Shown here: positions 38,401-48,480 of the stretch, piece by piece
Numbering within the stretch: position 1 is the first letter of the stretch
How the letters are laid out: the number at the start of each line of letters is the position of its first letter
NCBI RefSeq assembly: GCF_037042905.1
Contig: NC_087246.1
Location: forward strand, 56,482,001 to 56,546,000
Source of the DNA: Lytechinus pictus
Taxonomy: Eukaryota
Length of the DNA stretch: 64,000 nucleotides
Reading direction: 5' to 3'
Notes under the pieces: model-generated
What the model saw: the letters and a program-made list of their open reading frames with translations, nothing else
Databases searched by the model: none
What the model was told of the DNA's origin: nothing
Translations under genes and position numbers: made by a program

Positions 38401-41400
38401 TTGAAGAGGTGTTTTACTTGAAGTACAAAAAAAGAAGAAATAATCAAATAAACATGCCAGCCATGTAACCAAAAGGAGTTTGCATTGGACACTTTATCAT
38501 TTTAATAATACAATGTAGCTGCCCAAAGAGCTTTTTTTTTCCTGAATATTCATATTTCCTCATTCTTCTTTACTATTATTCAGAGTCATACACAATTAAA
38601 AAAGACTACCAATGAAAAGGCTGATACTGTGGTCACAAATCCATGGATATTTTCAGTCTGTTTTCTATTTCACGTATGCCCAGCAAGACCTCAACCCTCT
38701 CAAGGGTAATTACACAATACTAACCTTCTGCTGAGCAATTTAAGCATTTATATTGTAGGCCTACATAATGTAGGATTCAAACAATCATGAACAGATGAAA
38801 GAGTATTCATTTCCATTTTGGTGCAAGTCATTTTTCAAAGCATATCCTGGACAAAAAAAGTCAGTATTCAGTCAAGCATGAAATATGTTTTGAACAGTGT
38901 ATGGAATCAAATCCAAGTATTTTTGCAACATATGAATTACCAATAAAACAAAGATTAAGGGCAAAACATTGCCATTTGTTGATACATGCATACCGGAGCA
39001 AAGTTTGAAAGCTGTGTAAATTATTTATGTACTTGAGTGCAATACAGCCATTGGGTAAACTTATACTTCAGATGCAGTTTGCATTAAAGTGTTAACCTCT
39101 TCAACTTTATTCCTAAAATTAATTCTTGATACAAATTGACTGGCATCATTCTTTTTGCCAATCCATTTTTGCAAGTAACCCCCCCCCCCCAAATTGATAA
39201 ATTCGGTAATTGGATTTGGAAATTGAAAAGCTATAAAGATAACATATTTGTGTATATACTGAAAATTAAATTCCACTCCATGCTTAAAAGTGGTTTTATA
39301 CATAAGGAAAACATATTTTGATAGGGCATCTGATAAAATTAGAATTAAAAAAAAAAACTTAGTGAAATTCTAAAACGTTTCACCGTCATATAAAATGTTG
39401 CACAAAAATGAGGGCTGGAGGTAATGTAAGTTGAAAGACATACATTTCTACGGGTATTTTTCATTTTCACAAAAATAAAGAGATTACTGAATTATGTGTG
39501 AATGTGAAATGAAACAATTCAAAGTTCTTTATAAATCTTATTATCACACAGCTCAGTGAAAACATACAGGACCTTTTCTGTACTTAATATACAAACACCA
39601 TGGCCACTCTTTGGTGACAATATAGCACAGCTTGATGGACAAAAGATTTGTCCATGTACGAAAAAGAATGCCGTACAGGTCAGATAATATTCGGTGAAGG
39701 GTGAATTGTCACATATTACATGCACCCCTTTTTGTGATTTAATTTTGCTTTATTGCGACAATTCAGAAATTATTTCAACAATTAAGGTAGATAAATGACT
39801 ATGTAGAACACATTTGTGAAGCACTACTCTCATACCCGGTAGAATTTGGAGATCTATGAGACAAGATGTTAGCCTTGTTCAGAAATGGTGACACAAATCA
39901 TCCCCAATTACAATTTTAATCAATGCACATAGTATGTGACATGCTTCAAGTCTTTAAAATTGTCTGAAGTTGCCCAGAAAACTAATGACATCACAATGAT
40001 TTAATAATGTCATGAGCCTTGCTACAGTATAAGATGTAATAAGTGTGTTAGTGAAACCTGTGCAAATTTTGAGTTTACATTGCACCATTTTTTAAAGAAT
40101 CTGATTGGATAATAGCTTACTGACAAATTGCAATAAAAAATATGCATTGACGCCTCATACCCCTTTGACTCTGTAACACAATATTTAGCTCAGCTTCAAT
40201 GTACTATTGTCTGAATGAGCTTTTACACATAGAGTACAAGGTTGAAAAGAAATTGATCCAGTAAAAAATGTAAAACAAATCGTCTTGTGCCATGGCATTG
40301 TGTCCAGGTCTTTCATTCCACCCTGCTCATGAATTACACCATTTTTCTTTGTAAAGCAGGATTTCACCCCCAAGAAAAATAAATACACAAACAAAATAGG
40401 AAATAAATATTTGAATAAATAAATGATCATAATATTTAATAACAAATTACAAAAATAAACAAATAAAATCATTTTTTAACAATTTAATAAAAATGAAAAA
40501 AAAATTGGGCTAAAAAAAGAAACACGGAAAATCTAAGCCTGTGCACTTTTTTAACCTCTAGGCACTTACGTATTTAGTTTCGGTCATAAGTGAAACCGGA
40601 TACTAAACTTGGATTGTGCATAAACTGTCCATGGATCAATTCATCAATTGATCATTGGACAAACTTTAATGAAGGCAATGCTACTGTCAAGCTTGTATTT
40701 GGCTAGCATATTTGCTGATCTTTGTTTGAATGGAGACATACAATCATGTCAGCTATGTATACAAATACAGTGCCACTGCTTAATGAATGTACTCTACATT
40801 GTACACAATAACTAGTGGCACATACATGTCGGCCTAAGCTAACTCATTGTGATTTTATTTCTTCTACTCATATTTCACAAGATACCCAAAGTTCAAACTG
40901 CCTTTACATTATGTCACTGACTGCAAAACTCACCCTGCAATAAAATTACAGGGATGCCAGTTAGTTTTTTCTGACTGGGCCTGAAAACAAGTGGAACGCC
41001 CCTGGCAGTCTCGTCTGCATTACGTGATTCAATATAGCAGCGGTGCTGACTTTGAAAACAGCTACTGAATTCACAAAAGCGCAATACCACTAAGTTTGTA
41101 CAACTTGTATAGACCTTGTTGCTGTTATATTTTGCAAACTGATTTATATGCTGTACATGTACATGTATGTGGTAAAATATAAAGTGTTCTATCATTGCAA
41201 ACATGAAATGATTGAAATAGAATAAATGAATTGCATTGTTCACATGCTGTGTCGACATTTTTCTGTGATCTACATACTGACCTACATAAATAATTGTACA
41301 GGAAACAAATTATGCTTGTAAGTTGTAACAAACTCGGACACAAAACAACTATTCTCCCTTTTTCCCCCTTGAATCCCGAAACCTAGAGTATGCAGGCCTC

Positions 41401-44400
41401 AAATCTAGTTGTTTTTTTCTCTCTCTGAACATTGTTGAACATTACAACATACTGCAGCAGGATAAAATGACAGAAAAATTAGAACAATGCATGAAAGGGG
41501 GGAACAAATAATGAAATTTGAAAATATGATACAAAAAGAAAAAAATAATAAAGGAAGGAAATATTAAAAGAAAAAAAGAAAAGGAAAAGGGGAAAAAATA
41601 CAAAGAACAAGAAAAAAAAATTTAAAGGATAGAAAAAAGGAAGAAAAGAAAAAAAAAAGAGATGAAACAGAAGAAACAAAGAAAAATAGAATTAGGGGGG
41701 GAGAAAAGAAAAAAACTCTCATGATGTTATTTCATATATATATTTTTTTACAGCTGTGGCAAAAGTAGTCTATTCTGACTGGAATATACTTAAAATCCAA
41801 GCAAAGAACTTTTCACTTGCCTTTTGGGAATGCAGGGTGTTTCTATTTTTTATTATATCCTACATAGATTGAATCCTGTATAGTGATTGGTTCAAATATC
41901 ATCATGTGACCAAATATATTTCAACTATGATGTTGCATGACGTCAGACCTCGATATATTTTTCGCTATATCAATATTCTGACGTCATTATTTCGGAAAAC
42001 TGGATATTAAGCTAAACTCACGGGCGCACCAGCCAACGAGCCCTCTCTCCCTGGCAAGTCCCGTGATGCGCCGGCGCAGGCACTAATCTGCGCTGAGTGC
42101 GGTGGCTCGATGAAAAGTACGTAATTCAACGCAAGTAACCGGACTTTCCAAGCTCAGCGCATAGATTTTGGTTATAAATTATCAAAAGTAGGATATAAAA
42201 CAAATATATCAGGCGTTTCATTCGAAAGCATAGTGGAAATTATTAATCCTCGGTTGGACTGGCAAAACTACTATATTTTTCCTCGGGCTTCGCCCCTCGG
42301 GAAAAATAGAAATTGCCAGACCAACCTCGGATAAATAATTCCACTATACTTTCTCAAAGCCTGATATATTTGTTTAATATTCTTTGATCTTTGGTCTTTA
42401 TTAATAATTATTTTTTTCAGTAGAAACATATTTTTAATCAGGCAAAGTCAAAGGGAAGGGGTATATATGGTTTAACCACTGTCCACCCCCTTTAAAAAAG
42501 TAGGAAACAGTGTAAAAGTTAGATTTGTAAAAAAATATTGTAAGAAAATTCCTTCCCCAAATCTGACAAAAATCAACGTTTCATACCAATGAAATGCCCT
42601 CCCAATGTATCAACTTTCTCAAAAGTGGTTTAAGAAGTGAAACAAACAATAAAGAAAGAAATTATCTATTTATTTTTGGCTAGAAAAGACAGAGCTTTAA
42701 AAGAAACCAAGTATCAACACACACACACAAATGCACATGTGGGACTGTAATGTACTCATCTATGTGTTCTGTGTAAGCCTGAGTCGAATCAATTTAAAAA
42801 TCGGTGTTCGACACGGCATATCACTAGCTGAATGAAGCCATTGCAAGTTTTTTTTGCAACTATATAGCAGCTTACAGACTAGGGGAGCTGCAGTACGAAA
42901 TGTTGCTGCTAAGACATCTTCCACAGAACTTTGAAATCTAAGTTAAAGTCACATTTAACACCAATGAAATGCCCTCCAACAGTCCATATTGCTAAAATCT
43001 GGTGTAAACTGATTATTTGCAAGCATTAAAAAGAGGAATTATGACCTCTCTTTGATTTAAAAAGACTGAATTTTAAAAGAATTAATACACACAAAAACCC
43101 ATAGGTGAGTACATTACAGTCCCATGTGTGCACTTGTATGTGTGTTGATACTTAGTTTCTTTCGAAGCTGTCTCTTTTCTAGCAAAAATTTAACAGATAA
43201 TTTCTTTCTTTATTGTTTATAAATGACTTCTTAAACCACTCTTGAGAAAGTAAATACTTTGGGAAGGCATTTCGTTGACATGAAATGTGATTTTCCGACA
43301 TTTTGGCAAATATAGGGAAGGAATTTTCTCACACTTTTTTTTCCTGATTTTTACTTTTGCCATTCCCTTATCATTATTGTTTTTCCAAATTTTTAACAGT
43401 TTTTAAGCTGTTTTTTATACCCCTTCCCATTGACTTTGCCTGATTAAAGAATATGTTGCTACTGACAAAAAATAATACAAACTTAAGAATATGAAAATAT
43501 AAATGCCCCATTCCCAAAAGGCAAGTGAAAATTATTTGCTTTGCTTTTAATTGTATTCCAGTCAGAATAGACTTTTAAGCTGATAATAAATATTTGTAGT
43601 GGCTTCTTAATTTTTCCCGTTTCTCCCATTTTTGTTTTCATTCTGTTTTGTTATTTTTCTTTCATGTTTTTGTTTCTTTTTTTTTTTTTTTTTTTTTTTC
43701 TTTCTTTTTCCCTGTTCTTCGTTTTTATCTTTCTTCATTTCTTTTTTCTTTCGTTTTATTTCATTTCTTTCCTTAATTATTTTTGTTTTCTTTTTGTATT
43801 ATATTTTTTTGAAAATTATTTTTGTCTGTCTCCCACTTTTATGCACTTTTCTAATTTTGCAGCATATTTTTCTGTGATTTTCTCCTGCTATTATGCTGCA
43901 AGACAGAGAAAACAAAAATAAACTGGATTTGGGCCTTATACAGTGCGTCCCAGAAAAAACGAAACCGAGATTAAGCGATGATTTATCATAACTTGATCAC
44001 AAATTCAATAGACAAATGACCTACCAATGTAAAGCTAAGAATCACCTCTTTCATCTGATATTACTTAGATTATTCCTCATTCACGCATGAGTGAGCAAAA
44101 ACAATTTGAAGAAAGGATACCAAAAACTCATTTCAAAAAGAAAATCACATGCCTAAAAAGTTCAATATCTGCTCTTTTATTTGATACCTTAATCACAAAA
44201 AATGGTCAAGAAGTAGAAAAGTTATGTTCCCTCGAAACAATGCTTGTATTTCCATAATTTCATTAAATAAACGTGTTTTCACCAGTTTCCCCACAGAAGC
44301 TATCGCACGGTTAACATGCATGCCTGATCGTCAACAACACGGAGTGTCGAGTGAGTTTGAACGCTAGCTTGTGAAATGAGAAATAATCTAAGTAATTTCA

Positions 44401-47400
44401 GATGAAAGAGGAGATTCTAAGCTTTACAATGGTAGGTCATTTGTTTATTGTATTTGTGATTAATTTATGATAAATCATCGATAAATCTTGGTTTCGTTTT
44501 TTGTGGGACGCACTGTACTCTAGTTTTGGGTAAGTTAGTTTTGGGATTCAAAGAGGAAGAAAGGGAAAATTATTGTTTTGTATTAAAGTTTGTTATGCAT
44601 AATTTAGGGACAGTGATTTTCCGCGATCGCGGAAAACGGACGGAATTCACGGAAAGGGCCTTTTGAAACGGAAAGTGGCATTTCAAACGGAAAATCACGG
44701 AAAACGTATTTTCCCTCAAAATACACAGAATAGCAACAGAAATTACTCTAAAATCACAACAAAATGAGAATATTAAATGGCCACAAAACCCCAGAAAACA
44801 CGATCTCACTTCGCTACTATCATGACAATTCACACATCGTGACTGCACTCGACATCAGCACACTCGATTGTACCCCGCACCCATACCCGGCCGGCCAGGT
44901 TGGGCTTCACATGCACACATATCGTTCAACTACACGGTCGTGTGTTGCTGCCCTCTACGTTTGAAGATGTAACAGCACGATATCGTGGTCTTAAAATCCA
45001 AGATGGCGGATTGGCAAAAGCCGTTGACTGATGATAACGATGTCCAAAAAAACCCAAAATTATCGATGAAATATCATTTCACCGTGAAATAATGCTAATA
45101 ATGTGAAAGGTGTGGATGTATGCATGCTAAATGGGTTTGTAAAAATATTTTATGCACCCGCATAGATCCGATTAGAACGGATTCTATTGTTGTTGGTACA
45201 GTAGCAGATACAAATTTTGACCAGTGCGAGTGTACGTGTTGTGATTTTGCTATTCAATGTGTAAACGGAATTGTCACTTTTCCGTGTGTACAAAGTCTAT
45301 GGGGAAACGGAATTTCCGTTTTCTGTCATGCTGAAACGGAATTTGAGATTTTCTGAAACGGAAAAGGCAATTTTTTTAAACGGAAAATCACTGTCCCTAA
45401 TAATTTATTTACTTTACCAATATGAGTGTGTGTCTATATTATGTGTAGATCAAGAAAAAAGTCCACACAACCTGGGAACAATACAATTCATTTATTCTCT
45501 TTCAATCATTTCATATTTAAGATGATAAAACAAATTATATTTTACCACAATTTGCAAAATATAATAACAGCAAACAAGGTTTAGATCTACATACAAGATA
45601 CACAAAATGAAAGTACAAGTAACTTAGTGGTTGTGGCTGCAGAATTAATATTTTAGAAGTTGTTTTATCTATTTTTAATGTTTTTCTTTATATTTTTCGG
45701 GCCACCAAATTTTAATATCGGGCCGCCAAAAAATATTATATGAAGGTTTGGTTGCCCGAACGGGCCACCACCCAAACAAGTTAATGTGGAGCCTTGCCTA
45801 TATTACCACAGAAAATGTCCCATATATGAGGTGCACGATATCTTGGACTTTCCCACACTAGCGCTAGCATGAACCAAATGAGGTTAAGCTTTGCCAGGCG
45901 CTAAATACAGTGGCAGTGACTCACTGACACTGTGCGGTGGCTCCCAATACAACAGACCAAAGCTCCAAGTCCGAGTACCGGCAGTAGAGGCGCTGGTCCA
46001 AAAATTGGGATTGTCCCAGAAAAAAAGGATATCCTCATCCAAGACAAATCATGTCTTGATAAATTGAGATGATCCTTGTTTATGCCTATTATGGGGACAT
46101 TTTTTTTCACTCACCCCTGCAGGACATAGATAGCAATTACTTGGATACAGCATGCTAAATAGATTCAAAGCTTTGCCAGGCGCTAAAGTCAGTGGCAGTG
46201 ACTCACTGACAATGTGCGCTGGCTCCCAACACAACAGACCCAAGCTCCAAGTCCAAGTTCCATTAGTAGAGACGCTGGTCCAAAAATTGGGATTGTCCCA
46301 GAAAACAAGGATATCCTCATATTGAAGTCATTCTCGAGGTCGGCATGACGTCACAGTCACGTGATTTCCCTAACAACGCTATCGCAAAGGTGCAAACAAA
46401 GGGTGAGAGCGTGTTGGCTGTGCAGTTTCCTTGACGTTTTTTGGAACTCGTTGATTTGAGCTGTTTCTCCATTATATTTTCATCACGTTTTGTACTGCAT
46501 TTTGATTTTAATTGCTGGACAATGGTGAAAATATGTTGTCTGTACGGGTGTTCCAAGAACAAGGCAAGATGGCCAGCTTAATCTAAGTTTTAACGTCCAT
46601 GCGCAATGAGTCGCCATGTGCAATTTTTTTACTGTTGCGCCACTCACCTGTCACTGCATGACCAAAATGGTTCTAGAAATCATTTGCAATGTTGAAAAGT
46701 GTCTTGTGGCATCTGACATTAATCCTCAGTAATTCCCTGAAATGCCGCAACGTTTGGTTAAAAGATCCAGCTAAAGGAAAAGGAGTTTAGCGCAGTCAAA
46801 ATCGGACTTGCAAACTTGGTCCGTACGGTGCAAATTTTAGCTGCCATTTTTCTTGGGCGACGATTTGAGACGCCCACACTAAGCAATCGATGTTTCCAAA
46901 GCTGCCCCCTCAAGTTACCAATATTTGGTATCAAAATATAGATTATAAAAAATGCTCACGATCGTTTCATTTTTAAAGTGGGGGTGACAATTGTTATCAA
47001 AATAAGAGGGGTGGTGTTTCAACGTATATCTCAAGCTAGCTGAGTCAATGGACTTTTGTGTGCGCGCCCGGATTGTTCCAGCTTTGTTTGCACCTTCGCG
47101 ATTGGTTGCTATGCGGAAATTACTTTAGCGAGTGAAAATCCCCGGATGTCCGACCTCGAGAATAAACCAAGACAAATCATGTCTTGATAAATTGAGATTG
47201 TCCTTTATTACCTTTATTACCTTTTATTACCGGATCTACTGGAAAAATGCAATTACTTATGCAGTCGTGTTTCCAGGTCTATCACTGTTGCTATCTCCAT
47301 CTAACTATTAAAATAACGTGTGCCTGTGTGCTGTGCCAGAGTTACTATTCCCAAGGGTGAGTATATTGCACTGCAGACCAAAACTTGTCTAACTGTGACT

Positions 47401-48314
47401 TGAATCTGTTCAACGTTGATGTAGTAACTATCTCTGCCGGCAAGGAGTTCCAGTCATTTACAACTCTGGCACTGAAAGTATTTTTATATGGGGACAGTTT
47501 ATTTTTCACTTACCCCTGCGGGACATAGACAACAATTATGGGGATACAGCATGCTAAAAAAATAGATTCAGTGACCTCAATTCACCTCCATTTTGCATGA
47601 CTTGCCGTCTTCGAATAATCTTGTATTAAGTTGTATTCTTGTTATGAAACCTGACATTGACTAGCGCACTTGACAGGTGAATAAACTTTCCTAGATTTCT
47701 TGTGTGGAGAAATCTTTGTAAACTGAGACTGAGAGTGAGACAGTCCCTGCAAACTGGGATAGTCTAACGTTAATCCCAATTTTCTGACCAGCGCATCTAA
47801 CGTGTCGTTGGCGTTACTGTCCAGGCCGTGAATTCCACTTTCCAAATTCCAGGACCCGGAAACGAATTTTGCTTAACCTTCCATTGCATTGACTAGAGTA
47901 TCTATATTTTTCATTCTGCTTTCATTGATCAATGTCAATAATTCCTGACTCATTATCCCTATTCATTAATTCAACATTTTCACGCCATTGATTGACAGTG
48001 TCAATGCATGCAGCATGCAGTGTGCGCTGAGCTGCGTGTCTATCTATCCACACTCTCATTCACTCAATCACGGGAAATGGACAGCTACAGCACGATCGCG
48101 AACTATTTCGACTCCCCTCCCGAATTATTATGGTCTGAAACGGAGCTAAAATGGAACCCTTCACAAACACTAGTAACACTGACAGTCATTTTCTTACTTG
48201 TTTAAGATCTAATACTCCATCTGGTGCTTCTTGAAGTAGGCCAACGAATTTCGTAGTGAGCAAACCAAGGCTTTTTTCATGTCTACTTAGTGGCGTTTCA
48301 ACAAGGGTAGCCAT
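23360..48314 (-). CDS. E2F4/5: E2F4/5-class transcription factor, spliced; coding exons 48314-48198, 38003-37894, 36415-36254, 33172-33064, 32516-32324, 31991-31815, 31548-31462, 27826-27743, 23469-23360
   Basis: [15 protein letters not shown]…[27 protein letters not shown] (winged-helix DNA-binding domain), leucine zipper, marked box [13 protein letters not shown]…[10 protein letters not shown]…[10 protein letters not shown], and C-terminal pocket-protein-binding [17 protein letters not shown]. Short N-terminus without a cyclin A site. All phases join in frame (1149 nt, about 382 aa). Confidence 0.96.
23775..24075 (+). mobile_element. Degenerate tRNA-derived SINE interrupted by a MITE
   Basis: B-box-like gggttaaaatccc, then ccttcagcaag…gcactcaacccaggtg…gtgaatgggta body; limits approximate. 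Confidence 0.6.
23884..24054. mobile_element. Young palindromic Harbinger-like MITE, CAG TSD
   Basis: CAG|GTGGGTGTTTCATAAAG…CTTTATGAAACACCCAC|CAG; about 66-bp near-perfect arms. Confidence 0.88.
24228..24816. mobile_element. Kolobok-like MITE (degenerate)
   Basis: agtccagccaagaaaaatgttgatttgaat mirrored by attcaaatcaactttttattgggatggact; degenerate TTAA-type ends. Confidence 0.6.
25903..26055. mobile_element. Harbinger-like MITE, CTG TSD
   Basis: CTG|GGTCCCGTTTCATAAAG…CTTTATGAGATGGGACC|CTG. Confidence 0.78.
26964..27725. mobile_element. piggyBac-like non-autonomous element
   Basis: TTAA|CCCTAA…TTAGGG|TTAA; subterminal G-run ggccattatggcc C-run palindromes at both ends. Confidence 0.85.
27743..27826 (-). 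CDS. E2F4/5: E2F4/5 exon 8 ([27 protein letters not shown]), acidic transactivation region
   Basis: tttatag acceptor, gtgagt donor, 84 nt, phase 1-1, acidic content. Confidence 0.75.
29120..29850. repeat. DNA-transposon remnant rich in CCAAGATGGC/CCAAAATGGC motifs with a degenerate internal duplication
   Basis: Repeated ccaagatggc motifs; ggacagtcagtggtcaa at about 29566 and about 29741. Confidence 0.5.
29940..30557 (+). mobile_element. LINE (L2/Crack-like, CR1 group) 3' fragment: ORF2 C-terminus, 3' UTR and (TTCA)n tail
   Basis: …[13 protein letters not shown]…[30 protein letters not shown] is typical of an RT-ORF2 end; AATAAA then ttcattcattc tail. Confidence 0.8.
30711..30875 (-). mobile_element. 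L2-like LINE extreme 3' fragment
   Basis: Minus strand [14 protein letters not shown], then …gcgcctcgg…gctatataaat and a (TAT)n tail. Confidence 0.6.
31462..31548 (-). CDS. E2F4/5: E2F4/5 exon 7 ([28 protein letters not shown]), partial duplicate of exon 6
   Basis: Long CT tract plus ctgcag acceptor, gtaaga donor, 87 nt, phase 1-1, open frame. Confidence 0.7.
31560..31652. repeat. GA-rich microsatellite forming the polypyrimidine tract of E2F exon 7
   Basis: (GA)n-like low-complexity run abutting the acceptor. Confidence 0.85.
31815..31991 (-). CDS. E2F4/5: E2F4/5 exon 6 (Pro/Ala/Gln-rich linker)
   Basis: ctttcag acceptor, gtagga donor, phase 1-1, 177 nt. Confidence 0.85.
32324..32516 (-). 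CDS. E2F4/5: E2F4/5 exon 5 ([26 protein letters not shown]…)
   Basis: cccag acceptor; phase-1 donor gtaaaa matches the next exon. Confidence 0.9.
32798..32936. mobile_element. Small TIR MITE remnant
   Basis: ggcattattctggtttaagtca versus tgacttatttcaggataaggcc. Confidence 0.45.
33064..33172 (-). CDS. E2F4/5: E2F4/5 exon 4 ([36 protein letters not shown])
   Basis: Marked-box homology; AC acceptor, gtaaat donor. Confidence 0.95.
33173..36253 (-). other. U12-type (minor spliceosome) AT-AC intron of E2F4/5
   Basis: 5' ss ATATCCTTT at 36253; branch site TCTCTTTAAC (33192-33183) close to the 3' terminal AC (33174-33173); splicing restores the frame (…[12 protein letters not shown]). Confidence 0.93.
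33434..35730. mobile_element. 2.3-kb non-autonomous DNA transposon inside the U12 intron (GGG termini, 4-bp TSD; Sola-like)
   Basis: CCAT|GGGCATTTTCAC…GTGAAAATGCCC|CCAT; about 8 direct copies of GGTAACTGACATTAC. Confidence 0.8.
36254..36415 (-). CDS. E2F4/5: E2F4/5 exon 3 (coiled coil/leucine zipper)
   Basis: tgcag acceptor; ends at U12-type donor ATATCCTTT. Confidence 0.95.
36526..36712 (-). mobile_element. tRNA-headed SINE (3'-truncated)
   Basis: Minus strand TGGCTCAGTTGG (A box), GAGTTCAAACC (B box), then a non-tRNA body agaccaaaagacattaaaagatggga…. Confidence 0.8.
37894..38003 (-). CDS. E2F4/5: E2F4/5 exon 2 ([36 protein letters not shown])
   Basis: RRIYD DNA-recognition motif; cag acceptor, gtaagt donor. 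Confidence 0.97.
41850..42380. mobile_element. Insertion with short IR plus long terminal hairpin (Crypton-like non-autonomous element?)
   Basis: Absent from the mirrored arm; ttatatcctac/gtaggatataa IR; about 180-nt hairpin 42199-42375 centred on cctcgggcttcgcccctcggg. Confidence 0.6.
43941..44515. mobile_element. Tc1/mariner-type MITE
   Basis: TA|CAGTGCGTCCCA…TGGGACGCACTG|TA, with about 140-bp inverted arms. Confidence 0.9.
44605..45399. mobile_element. Intact copy (opposite orientation) of the hAT-like element at 9180-12131
   Basis: Same TIRs, 6-bp TSD ATAATT, high identity to 9180-9371 plus 11526-12131. Confidence 0.9.
46330..47163 (+). mobile_element. 834-bp TIR element with a THAP-like N-terminal remnant
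   Basis: ATTCTCGAGGTCGG…CCGACCTCGAGAAT; subterminal IR atcgcaaaggtgcaaacaaag; ATG at 46522 gives [14 protein letters not shown]. Confidence 0.75.
47203..47492 (-). mobile_element. CR1 LINE 3' fragment
   Basis: [37 protein letters not shown]…* typical CR1 ORF2 end; (GGTAATAAA)n tail. Confidence 0.85.
48198..48314 (-). CDS. E2F4/5: E2F4/5 exon 1 ([39 protein letters not shown])
   Basis: ATG at 48314, donor gtaaga, 117 nt; not in the ORF track. Confidence 0.95.
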
Positions 48315-48480
48315 GCTTTCTCGCGAGGACCGTTATTATTATTCGAAGATCGTGGCTATTGTACGACGTTGTCTCATTACGGAACAGTAGAGGGCAATAT
48401 AGAAAATAAATTCGGCCACGGGAGCGTCATGTGTCGTCAGGGTGACGGCGGAGCAGGGTGACGAGGTGACGAACTAGAAG
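48315..48480 (-). promoter_or_regulatory. E2F4/5 5' UTR and promoter (CpG-enriched)
   Basis: CpG-rich segment immediately upstream of the ATG; contains an E2F-site-like TTTCTCGCG (48317-48325) and a CTCF-like ACAGTAGAGGGCAA (48384-48397). Confidence 0.5.

Larger units (their letters stand above)
41341..44580. mobile_element. Old, about 3.2-kb foldback (long inverted repeat) element in E2F intron 1
   Basis: Mirrored blocks 41341-41425/43900-44580, 41480-41720 (A-rich)/43620-43880 (T-rich), 41765-41835/43500-43575, 42410-42775/43100-43475. Confidence 0.8.
45886..47570. repeat. About 282-bp tandem duplication; second copy split by two insertions
   Basis: aagctttgccaggcgctaaa…aatagattca unit at 45886-46167; second copy 46168-46320, 47167-47205 and 47491-47570. 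Confidence 0.85.

Noticed and set aside
41479-43921. Phe-rich, membrane-protein-like ORFs
   Set aside because: Translations of T-rich/A-rich low-complexity arms of an inverted repeat
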